This document shows positions 7,880-15,546 of a stretch of DNA of 16,896 bases, in pieces. Source of the DNA: Chlamydiia bacterium (GTDB lineage: Bacteria; Chlamydiota; Chlamydiia; Chlamydiales; RGXB01); contig JBEIFH010000022.1 in the NCBI GenBank assembly GCA_040382515.1, positions 1-16,896 on the forward strand, given 5' to 3'. The position numbers and the translations under genes are program-made. The notes under the pieces are model-generated. The model was not told the origin of the DNA. It ran no database searches and saw only the letters and a program-made list of their open reading frames with translations. Positions within the stretch are counted from its first letter, which is position 1. The number at the start of each line of letters is the position of its first letter.

Positions 7880-9079
7880 CTATTCTAAAACTTTGAAAAA
7901 AAGTTGCTGATCAAATTCGACAATCTCTCCACGGCGAAGGATCTGCCCGTTCAGCGTCAAATAAACTGTCTTTGGGTCCAGATCGACTTTAAGGGTACTC
8001 TCCGAGTTCAAATGGGCCAAGGTTTTGTAGGGGATCGCTATCGAACCCAGTTCGATTTTGCAGTTGAGAGCAATCTCATCTAGAACAACGTTCTTTTTGT
8101 GAGCTTTCGTATGAGGAGTCGTGTGGTGCGCACGCGCCCTTTGTTCATCTAGCTCCTCCCCATCCTCCAAAAGATTCCCCTCATCTTCTTGATGTTCGAA
8201 ACTCTTTTCATCATCAAAGGTCTCTTCTTCATCTTCATGATCTCTAGAGGACATAAATTTCTCCTGAGGTGTTACGGAAAAAGGTGTGAACCGGTGCAAA
8301 TGAGCATCTTTATATTCGGCGCTCAGTAAAGGGGTATCTTGATAACAGATATGCACCAAGTAGTTTTTATCAAGGACCTCTCTTGAGATTCCTTCCAAAT
8401 GGACAAGATCGAGTGCTTCTAAACTCTTGATCTCTTTTTGTGTCAAGCGGACTTCTCCAAGCTCGATATGGACAGGGACATCGATATCGGGATGATCCTC
8501 TTGATGCGAGACGGGATGGTGATGGTAGAACTCATTGATCTTTTCTAGTGTTTTTACCGGAACGATAAGTTTTGGTGTCAACGAAAGTCCGGGTATTTGC
8601 AAAAGGAAATCAAAGACTTCAAATAACCCTTCAGAGGGTTGCGCGGTCGCCAATGTCATTGAGAGACCCTTGAAAAGATGCATCTCTTCTATCGTTGCCA
8701 AGCCTTTGAGAGCTAAAAATTTCACGACCCCTTTAAAAATCTCAGTAGAGCTGGGGAGGTTTCCTTTAGTGAAATACAGATGCCCTTTTTCGATATCTTG
8801 ACCCCTAAACAAAAGGAAGACAGGGGCCTTTACAGGCTCTAAATGGACTGCCTGTACGAAAGGTTCGGGCCCAAGCTCATGGTATATGGTATCCAGATCT
8901 GAGGTGGAAATAGATTGCATCTCTACTGAAGTTTCAGCAGCGTGCAGGTGCTTTTTAAGAATGGGCTCAAGGTCGGCAAGGTGTAGTTTTGGGACACCTC
9001 CAAAGGGAGAAGCACGGAGCTTTTCAGGCAACAGGAAACGGAGTTTTTTGATCCAGCTAGAATGCTTGTTCATATTCAT
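7880..9079 (-). CDS. sctQ: Type III secretion sorting-platform/C-ring protein CdsQ/SctQ (FliM/FliN-like)
   Basis: Two SPOA/FliN-like domains (DIDVPVHIELGEVRLTQKEIKSL and LDEIALNCKIELG...VYLTLNGQILRRGEIVEF) are separated by an acidic linker. The gene lies just upstream of pkn5. Confidence 0.9.
   Translation of the reverse strand: MNMNKHSSWIKKLRFLLPEKLRASPFGGVPKLHLADLEPILKKHLHAAETSVEMQSISTSDLDTIYHELGPEPFVQAVHLEPVKAPVFLLFRGQDIEKGHLYFTKGNLPSSTEIFKGVVKFLALKGLATIEEMHLFKGLSMTLATAQPSEGLFEVFDFLLQIPGLSLTPKLIVPVKTLEKINEFYHHHPVSHQEDHPDIDVPVHIELGEVRLTQKEIKSLEALDLVHLEGISREVLDKNYLVHICYQDTPLLSAEYKDAHLHRFTPFSVTPQEKFMSSRDHEDEEETFDDEKSFEHQEDEGNLLEDGEELDEQRARAHHTTPHTKAHKKNVVLDEIALNCKIELGSIAIPYKTLAHLNSESTLKVDLDPKTVYLTLNGQILRRGEIVEFDQQLFFKVLE
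8252..8265 (-). promoter_or_regulatory. Internal ribosome binding site and in-frame ATG in cdsQ (predicted short SctQ-C product, 124 aa)
   Basis: The minus strand reads AGGAG-AAATTT-ATG. The ATG at 8254-8252 is in frame (Met276) and upstream of the second SPOA domain. Confidence 0.65.
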
Positions 9080-9614
9080 TCACACGATACACAGTTCTTT
9101 GTTCTTTGCAAAGATTTTTTATTGTAGATGCATGTCGGGGGTTATTTTGAATAGAAGGGGGGATAATAAGGCGCAATTCATAGGGAAAAACAGAAGAGGC
9201 AATCTGATTGTAGAGATCTTGTAGACTTGGAATCAAGTGCTCGAGAGCTTTATCGGACCCCTGTATTTCCAATTGAATCTCCATTTGTGCAGTGTCGTAA
9301 TAACGCACTTCAAACTCGATAGTTTCCCCAAGAGTTTCGAGCGGGCTTGCTAGCTGAAACCTTGTTGCTTCAAATCCCTCTTTTTTTCGGCATTCAAAAG
9401 CTTGAAGAACCTGATGTTTTACTTCAGTGAAAAAAACATCAATCTCCTTTGATGCACCGTTTGGTTCGCTCCCGTTTAAGGAAAGGATCTGAAACGGGGA
9501 GGGGAGCTGTAGACATACAGGAGCAAAAAGATTTTCATAGGGTTCAAACGGTTTCGGATCGTTTGTTAACAATTCGTTTTGTTTGTAAGAACAAAGCTGC
9601 CCTGAAATTTCCAT
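9057..9614 (-). CDS. Short CdsP/SctP-like protein (FliK/T3S4-like C-terminal domain only), paralog of 10746..12179
   Basis: EGFEATRFQLASPLETLGETIEFEVRYYDTAQMEIQLEIQGS...L...L..Q aligns by eye with QGKTTTSIVLHMPNSGLDGAHIDIEHYDTAPHAFNISFFSS...L...L..Q of the long CdsP. The stop overlaps the cdsQ start. Confidence 0.65.
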   Translation of the reverse strand: MEISGQLCSYKQNELLTNDPKPFEPYENLFAPVCLQLPSPFQILSLNGSEPNGASKEIDVFFTEVKHQVLQAFECRKKEGFEATRFQLASPLETLGETIEFEVRYYDTAQMEIQLEIQGSDKALEHLIPSLQDLYNQIASSVFPYELRLIIPPSIQNNPRHASTIKNLCKEQRTVYRVNEYEQAF

Positions 9615-9633
9615 ACACTCTCAAGCATAAGGA

Positions 9634-10290
9634 TTATGGGGATTTGTGAGAATTTAAATTCTCATGTTTTTCCCTAAGATTTTTGAGGCGGGCCAAGATG
9701 TACTCCCCTTCGACAGCATCTATCAAAATAAAGCTTTTAAGCTCCTCCTCGTAGGCAAAGGTATCCCCCGTCCCGACATCAAAGTACCAGCCCCAAAGTT
9801 TTAACAGTCCCTGATCGTATTTTTCTTTTATAAGGGGGAAAGTTTTGAGATGTTCGATCTGCTTGAGGATATTTTCTTTAGCCAAACTTTCAATGGAAGG
9901 ACATTCTTTTGGGTTTTTTCCGTAAGAAAGCCAAAATTGCAGACTTTCAGGGAGAGCTTCTGTCCCCCCCATAATTGCGTGCATAGCGCCGCAGTTGCTG
10001 TGGCCGCAAACAATGATATTTTCGATCGGCAGCTGGCTTACAGCGAATTCGATGCTGGCCCGTTCAGAGCAAAGAACATGGTAGGGGGGGACAATATTTC
10101 CGGCGTTGCGCAGAACGAACAGGTGCCCCGGATGCGTTGATGTGAACAAATTCGGAACCACTCGGCTATCGGAGCAGGTGATGAAAAGCGAGTCGGGTTT
10201 TTGTCCCATAGCAAGATGGCTGAACCGGTTTCTATAATCGCTTAAGTGGAGTTTTCTGAACTCTAGAATTCCTTGAACAAGCTTTAACAT
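9634..10290 (-). CDS. Beta-class carbonic anhydrase
   Basis: Zn-ligand motifs ITCSDSRV and VCGHSNCGAM are present, plus RNAGNIVP, GQKP and LWGWYFDVGTG. An AGGAG RBS lies at 10302-10298. Confidence 0.95.
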   Translation of the reverse strand: MLKLVQGILEFRKLHLSDYRNRFSHLAMGQKPDSLFITCSDSRVVPNLFTSTHPGHLFVLRNAGNIVPPYHVLCSERASIEFAVSQLPIENIIVCGHSNCGAMHAIMGGTEALPESLQFWLSYGKNPKECPSIESLAKENILKQIEHLKTFPLIKEKYDQGLLKLWGWYFDVGTGDTFAYEEELKSFILIDAVEGEYILARLKNLREKHENLNSHKSP

Positions 10291-10310
10291 GGTTGCACTC
10301 CTAAAACCAA

Positions 10311-10362
10311 GAACAGTCCGTTTTCAAAAACGGTAATCGGGCGGCTTGAAGATTTACTGTTC
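10311..10362 (-). promoter_or_regulatory. Candidate structured 5' leader (three-way junction) upstream of the carbonic anhydrase
   Basis: The minus strand reads GAACAGT-A-AATC-(12 nt)-GATT-A-CCGTTT-TTGA-AAACGG-ACTGTTC. These nested complementary segments end 8 nt before the AGGAG RBS. Confidence 0.35.
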
Positions 10363-10745
10363 ACTTTCCTGTGGATCTCTTTTATAGACTTTTGAATTGG
10401 GGCGAGCCTTTTTTCGCGAACCTTATCCTAATCTTTTTGCCCGGCTGCATCTGCCCTGTTGAAGAACAGTGGCCTACTTGTAGGCCGTTATAGCTGAGAA
10501 AATATCTGAACAACACTCTCAAAAAAAGGTTCGATCCTAACTTAAAGGCTTCTGGCTCTATTTCAGAGACGCTTTTCGAAAGAGATCGATTCTTTTATAG
10601 CCGATTTAACATGAAAAAAGGATTAAAAATCCAGAAGAAACAAGGGATCTACTAGGTAAAGAGGGGGGGGATTTTTCCAATTTTATCTCAACCTTAGGGA
10701 TGATTTAATCTTTGGTTCGTCTGGTTTTTTCGCGATAGAGATGTT

Positions 10746-12179
10746 TTAGCTTTTGCTTTTTTTGACCTGGGTGTCACGGCGGCGGCGCTCCTCTTTAGTC
10801 TCACTAAGCAAAAGGGGCTTTTTAACCGAGATCTCAAATTGGGGAAGATTGCTGCGTAGCTGTTGTTCGAGTGTTGTGATATTGGCGTCGAGAATTTTTT
10901 GACCCTCGGGAGATGAGAAAAAACTGATGTTGAATGCGTGGGGAGCGGTGTCATAATGTTCAATATCGATATGTGCCCCGTCAAGACCGGAATTCGGCAT
11001 ATGAAGGACAATCGAGGTGGTGGTTTTTCCCTGAAATTGCATAACGGTCATCATACCGACGAGTTTTTGAAAGAGCTCAAAGACTTGAGGGGGAAATTGT
11101 GCGTAAGGTGGTGTTGTAGTGAGGGGGCTTGTTGAGGAGGTCTCAATCGCGGTAGGAGCCTGTAGGGGCTGAGGACCTTCTTGGGGTTGTTTTGAGGGTA
11201 TAAGAGAGGGTGGGGGCAATACGGGCCCCTCTTTTTCCCTTTTTTCGGACGAAAGATGCCGATCTTTATCGTGGTGGGAGGCTACCGGATGGGGATGCCC
11301 TTCAAGAGGTTGCTTCAAAGTAGAACTGTCGGATTGGGGAGTGGCGAGTTTTTCTTTTTCTTTTTTGGGAACGTGATGCAAAGCTTTTTCGTGATGCATA
11401 GAGACCAGAGGGGGGGGGCTCATGGGAGCCGAATCAGGTGGTGCTTTAGGATGGGATGGATGCAGCTTTTTTAATTTTTGTTCAATAGCATCCAGTTCTT
11501 TAAAGTGGTCGTGCGATCTTTTATTTGCCGAGGGAGTTTCATCATCCTCTGATGTGTCGGGTGGGGTTGATGCAGTCGACAACGGCGGTGGAGTTGAGTG
11601 AGCTGGTGGGGAGGTATAAGAAGGCCCATTTTGGCTTTGATCGGCATCTTTGCTTTTTAAGTTGATGGAGTCTTGATCTGTCGATGAAGATGGTGGAGTA
11701 TCCTCTGATGTGTCGGGTGGGGTTGATGCAGTCGACAACGGCGGTGGAGTTGAGGGAGCTGGTGGGGAGGTATAAGAGGGCCCATTTTGGCTTTGATCGG
11801 CATCTTTGCTTTTTAAGTTGATGGAGTCTTGATCTGTCGATGAAGATGGTGCAGCGATATTTTTAAAAAGATTTTCGTTATCACTACCGTTCTGGCTTAC
11901 CTCTTGAGAAGTTTGTCGTTTCCCTCCAAGGGAGAATTCAGTGGTCTGTTTTTTCGACATCAGTTCAGAGAAAAGATCGGGTTTTGCCTCGATTTGTTTG
12001 TCCTCTTCCCCTTCTTCTTCGTCAGTTTGCCGTGTCGGGTTACGCTTGTTTTGCTGTTGGGAAGCATCGCTATCGTCAACGGCCATCACCTTCTTAAATT
12101 TCTCTGACGTAGGGGCATTTTTTCCCGAATCAAGAGGATCTCGTTGTGGCTGGCCTGAAACGGGATGAGGATTTTGCAT
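10746..12179 (-). CDS. sctP: Needle-length control/ruler protein CdsP/SctP (CT671 positional ortholog), 477 aa
   Basis: The gene follows cdsO. A long disordered Pro/Ser/Thr/Asp/His-rich region precedes a compact C-terminal FliK/T3S4-like domain (FELFQKLVG...IDIEHYDTAPHAFNISF...LEQQLRSNL). A GAGG RBS lies upstream. Confidence 0.75.
   Translation of the reverse strand: MQNPHPVSGQPQRDPLDSGKNAPTSEKFKKVMAVDDSDASQQQNKRNPTRQTDEEEGEEDKQIEAKPDLFSELMSKKQTTEFSLGGKRQTSQEVSQNGSDNENLFKNIAAPSSSTDQDSINLKSKDADQSQNGPSYTSPPAPSTPPPLSTASTPPDTSEDTPPSSSTDQDSINLKSKDADQSQNGPSYTSPPAHSTPPPLSTASTPPDTSEDDETPSANKRSHDHFKELDAIEQKLKKLHPSHPKAPPDSAPMSPPPLVSMHHEKALHHVPKKEKEKLATPQSDSSTLKQPLEGHPHPVASHHDKDRHLSSEKREKEGPVLPPPSLIPSKQPQEGPQPLQAPTAIETSSTSPLTTTPPYAQFPPQVFELFQKLVGMMTVMQFQGKTTTSIVLHMPNSGLDGAHIDIEHYDTAPHAFNISFFSSPEGQKILDANITTLEQQLRSNLPQFEISVKKPLLLSETKEERRRRDTQVKKSKS
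11544..11851 (-). repeat. Near-perfect tandem duplication in cdsP, period 156 bp (52 aa)
   Basis: 11544-11695 and 11700-11851 match over 152 bp with only 2 mismatches (11599/11755 and 11622/11778). The unit encodes PSSSTDQDSINLKSKDADQSQNGPSYTSPPA[P/H]STPPPLSTASTPPDTSED. Confidence 0.97.
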
Positions 12180-12388
12180 GCTACCTCTTGATAGGTTAGA
12201 TTTTTCTTAAAAATGCAAATCCGGCGCTGCACTTTAAGCATATATCCTACGCTTAAGGGATACATTTGAAAAAAATCAAGAGAGTTTTTTATAGAGAGGG
12301 GATGAAACCCTACTCCCAATCTAGATTATAGTCTTTTAAATGGAGTTTGGGAGTGTTTTAAAGGGTCTTACCGAGCATCTTAAAGATT

Positions 12389-12895
12389 CTATTTTCCGCC
12401 GGGCCTGTATTTTCGCGCCGTATGAATGGTAGTTCCGATCTCATCGGTCTCTTTGTTCTCTTCGGCAGCTTCAAGGCGGCGCATCTCGACCTCCCAGTCC
12501 TCTCTGTGCAAACGCAATTTCTCCACATCCTGGCGTCTTTGTTCAAGTAGGACTCTCGCTTTTTCTACCTCATCAACCGCTTTTTTTACCTCTTTTTGTT
12601 GTTCAACAACTTTAGCATGTTCTCTTTTGAGCTTCTCTTCAACAACCACTTTAAGGTACCGCTCTTTGATCATGATCTGATCGCTTGTGGTCCCTTTTTC
12701 CATCTCGTCCATCATTTGACGGATTTTATCGATTTTGTGTTGTTTTATGAGTTCAAGTTCTTTGGTATATTGATCGAGCTTTTTTTGCTCTTTTTCGAGA
12801 AATTGTTTTTTTTCCTGAAGGCTCTTTTCAGCCTCTTCAAGCCGTTTTTTTTTGATTTGTTCGATTTCTTCGAGCGGATATTTCGGCTTTTTCAC
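12389..12895 (-). CDS. sctO: Type III secretion stalk protein CdsO/SctO (FliJ/YscO-like coiled coil)
   Basis: 168-aa Lys/Glu-rich coiled coil ([20 protein letters not shown]...[11 protein letters not shown]...E.DEIG). The GTG start overlaps the cdsN TGA (GTGA at 12895-12892). Confidence 0.88.
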   Translation of the reverse strand: MKKPKYPLEEIEQIKKKRLEEAEKSLQEKKQFLEKEQKKLDQYTKELELIKQHKIDKIRQMMDEMEKGTTSDQIMIKERYLKVVVEEKLKREHAKVVEQQKEVKKAVDEVEKARVLLEQRRQDVEKLRLHREDWEVEMRRLEAAEENKETDEIGTTIHTARKYRPGGK

Positions 12896-14196
12896 CTAAA
12901 TAGGGCCCTTAATTGCTGCAGGGTCTCTTCATACGTCGATTTTTCGGTGACCCCTTGCTTTAAAAAACGCTGCACCCGCTCGATATATTTGATCGCATAA
13001 TCGGCGGCTTTATCAGAGCCTGGTTTGTATTCGCCGATACGGATCAATAATTCATTTTTTCGATAGTTGGCTAAAACTTCGCGGATCTTCCCGATGAGCT
13101 CCATCTGCTCTTTGGAGCAGACGTGGCTTAAAATACGGCTTGCCGACGAGAGGACGTCGATCGCCGGGTAATGGTACTGCCGGGCAAGTTCGCTTGATAA
13201 AATAATATGCCCGTCAAGGATCGAACGAACCTCATCCGACACAGGTTCATTGAGGTCGTCTCCGGCAACTAGTATGGTATAAAATGCTGTGATAGATCCT
13301 TTATCGGAATTGCCCGAGCGTTCCAAAAGGCGGGGGAGAGTTGCAAAAACCGACGGAGTAAAACCGGCTCTTGCAGGGGGTTCGCCCGCGGCGAGTCCCA
13401 CTTCCCGTAAAGCCCGGGCAAAACGGGTCACCGAATCCATCATCAAAATGACTTTTTTTCCCTGGTCTCGAAAATACTCGGCGATGGCGGTACCCACATA
13501 AGCTGCCGTCAAACGCATCTGGGCGGCTTGATCTGAGGTGGAGACGATCACAACCGATCTTGCCATCCCTTCCGGACCAAGATCATTTTCAAGAAATTCC
13601 CGAAGCTCGCGCCCCCTTTCTCCAATCAAAGCAATCACGTTGACATCGGCGCGCGCGTAACGGGCGATCATCCCTAGTAGAGTCGACTTTCCTCCGCCGG
13701 CTGCAGCAAATATCCCGACACGCTGCCCTTCACCGCAGGTGAGAGCGCCGTCTATACAACGGATCCCGGTAGAAATGGGGGTTTCAATCATTTTCCGCTT
13801 CAAAGGATCGGGTGGGGGAGACATGACAGGGTAAGTTTCCTGGAGGTTTAGAGGGCCTTTTTCTTCTTCGTCTAAAGGGTTGCCAAGCCCGTCCAAAACG
13901 CGTCCGAGCAACTCTGGTCCTACCTTGATATGCAACGTAGTTTTCAGCGGAACCACCTCGGAGGAGGGGCCCACTCCCGTCATTTCCGACATCGGGGAGA
14001 GAAACACTTCATCTTTTGTAAATCCGACAACTTCCGCCAATAAGGGGGTTCCCGGGCGTTTGATCATGCAAATTTCGCCCATCTTCACTTCGGGTACGAC
14101 CGCCTTGATCAAAAGGCCGACGATTTCGGTGATACGACCGTTCATGGCCGTCAGCGAGATCTCGTCCAGCTGTTTAAAGACCGATTCAAAATCCAT
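12892..14196 (-). CDS. sctN: Type III secretion ATPase CdsN/SctN (FliI/YscN family)
   Basis: Walker [20 protein letters not shown], Walker [37 protein letters not shown] and [12 protein letters not shown] are present. Confidence 0.97.
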   Translation of the reverse strand: MDFESVFKQLDEISLTAMNGRITEIVGLLIKAVVPEVKMGEICMIKRPGTPLLAEVVGFTKDEVFLSPMSEMTGVGPSSEVVPLKTTLHIKVGPELLGRVLDGLGNPLDEEEKGPLNLQETYPVMSPPPDPLKRKMIETPISTGIRCIDGALTCGEGQRVGIFAAAGGGKSTLLGMIARYARADVNVIALIGERGRELREFLENDLGPEGMARSVVIVSTSDQAAQMRLTAAYVGTAIAEYFRDQGKKVILMMDSVTRFARALREVGLAAGEPPARAGFTPSVFATLPRLLERSGNSDKGSITAFYTILVAGDDLNEPVSDEVRSILDGHIILSSELARQYHYPAIDVLSSASRILSHVCSKEQMELIGKIREVLANYRKNELLIRIGEYKPGSDKAADYAIKYIERVQRFLKQGVTEKSTYEETLQQLRALFR

Positions 14197-14207
14197 AAAA
14201 AAGCCCG

Positions 14208-14846
14208 CTAGATCTGGACGTTGAAAAGTGTTTTGATGCTTTCAACTGCTTTAGATAAAACAATCGAAGAAAAATCCAACTGCTGCTGCGCCCGATTTAA
14301 TTTCACCTGGGCCAAAAGAAGGTCTCCCGGATTCATCGTCTGTCCGTCTGCAGAATATTTTGTGATCATTGCCTGGGCACTTTCGAGCTGCTCTTGTCCG
14401 TCCCCGATGAGCGCGATAAATTTGGCTATAGGGTTCTGTAACGCCTTAGTGTCTACGTCTGGACCAGTATCAACACCCACTTTTTGTGCAGCTTCGCGGA
14501 TGTTTGTATGGGCATCCTCAAGTTTGCTACGCACTAGAAATTTTTGAGAAGGTTTCAGTTTCAGGTTTGGGGTATTCAATTTTTGGTTGATGTCACCCAG
14601 TTGGGTGGACGTTGTCTTCATTTGCTGCTGGACCGAATCCATGGTGGGGGGGCCACTGATATTGGATTGTGGAGAAAGGGCCTGCATAGGGGTGGGGCTT
14701 TGCTGCACCTTGTTTGCGGGCTCTTCTCTCATGTAATCGGCAAAAGGGCGTTTCCCCGCCTCTGAGCTGGTGTTCTGGTCAATCGGTGACATACCGGGTA
14801 TGCTGGAAGGGTCGGAAAGTCTTGGGGGAACGTCGTTGTCTGCCAT
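14208..14846 (-). CDS. CT668-like T3SS-associated protein; C-terminus resembles inner-rod SctI
   Basis: It sits between cdsG and cdsN like CT668. The N-terminus is disordered and Pro/Ser-rich, and the C-terminus is [42 protein letters not shown]. Confidence 0.75.
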   Translation of the reverse strand: MADNDVPPRLSDPSSIPGMSPIDQNTSSEAGKRPFADYMREEPANKVQQSPTPMQALSPQSNISGPPTMDSVQQQMKTTSTQLGDINQKLNTPNLKLKPSQKFLVRSKLEDAHTNIREAAQKVGVDTGPDVDTKALQNPIAKFIALIGDGQEQLESAQAMITKYSADGQTMNPGDLLLAQVKLNRAQQQLDFSSIVLSKAVESIKTLFNVQI

Positions 14847-14849
14847 GGT

Positions 14850-15290
14850 TTATCTTCTTTTGTGGCTGCTGATTTCAGAGGGTGAGGGGGGAGCTTTGAT
14901 AAAATTTTTGTAGAAATTAGTGGCGTTTTCTGTCAATTTACGTATTTCGGGATCTTTCGTCTTGTCATGTGTTTTGTGAAGCATATCTGCCCCTTCTGCC
15001 GACATATCGTTGCTGAATGTGAGGCAAACCCCGAGAAGAGCTTGGGCAAACTCGTTGTGAGGCTCTTTTATAAGGGCTTGTTTGACATGTACAATAGCAG
15101 GTTTGAGCTCCAATTTGAGCAAATGCATGTAGCTGAGGCCGATCTTCGGCATCACATTGTCCCGATCAAGGATTTCGGCCGCCTTGAATAATTTGACAGC
15201 GCTATCTTCATCTTGATGCATAATAGCTACGAATCCCGCCTCAAGGAGAAGGACAAAATCTTTTTTGTGATTTTTAATAAACTGCAACAT
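14850..15290 (-). CDS. cdsG: Needle chaperone CdsG (TPR-like, YscG counterpart)
   Basis: It lies directly after the needle gene and has TPR-like helices (DFVLLLEAGFVAI..DEDSAVKLFKAAEIL...IGLSYMHLLKLEL...EPHNEFAQALLG). An AGGAG RBS lies at 15300-15296. Confidence 0.85.
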   Translation of the reverse strand: MLQFIKNHKKDFVLLLEAGFVAIMHQDEDSAVKLFKAAEILDRDNVMPKIGLSYMHLLKLELKPAIVHVKQALIKEPHNEFAQALLGVCLTFSNDMSAEGADMLHKTHDKTKDPEIRKLTENATNFYKNFIKAPPSPSEISSHKRR

Positions 15291-15302
15291 AGTGTCTCCT
15301 TA

Positions 15303-15545
15303 CTATCCGCGCATGTTGGAGATAGAATTTTTTGCAATACCATTCATACTGCTGATCACGTTAGATATGGAATCTCCGATTTGGGTCAAATTACCCATCA
15401 TGAATTGCAACATCAAAAATTGGCCTGGGGCCACCGAAGACATGTTTTTCGACAATGATGCCACAAGACGCGCCACCTTGCCTTGAGCTTCGGTGTACCT
15501 ATCGATCATCAGCTTGAATGAAATCTTATCACTTGGTACGCTCAT
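15303..15545 (-). CDS. sctF: Type III secretion needle subunit CdsF/SctF
   Basis: 80-aa helical hairpin between the two chaperone genes. GQFLMLQFMMGNLTQIGDSISNVISSMN resembles the chlamydial CdsF C-terminal helix (G.MF.LQF.M..LSQ..ES.SN....N). Confidence 0.85.
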   Translation of the reverse strand: MSVPSDKISFKLMIDRYTEAQGKVARLVASLSKNMSSVAPGQFLMLQFMMGNLTQIGDSISNVISSMNGIAKNSISNMRG

Positions 15546-15546
15546 A

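Noticed and set aside
10694..11011. 105-aa minus-strand ORF overlapping the 3' end of cdsP
   Set aside because: It is an alternative frame over the conserved T3S4-like domain, with no clear RBS or motif.
11544..11851. Repeats as a CRISPR array or mobile element
   Set aside because: There are two in-frame coding copies without spacers, and no cas, transposase or integrase genes in the window.
12086..12546. Small minus-strand ORFs 12086..12319 and 12358..12546
   Set aside because: They overlap cdsP or cdsO in other frames and show no protein-like features.
12845..12853. A9 tract in cdsO as a phase-variation or frameshift site
   Set aside because: It encodes KKK in a Lys-rich coiled coil, and such tracts are common in this sequence.
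12892..14196. ATPase read as flagellar FliI or F1 beta subunit
   Set aside because: Its context (secretin, CdsD, needle and chaperones) is a non-flagellar injectisome.
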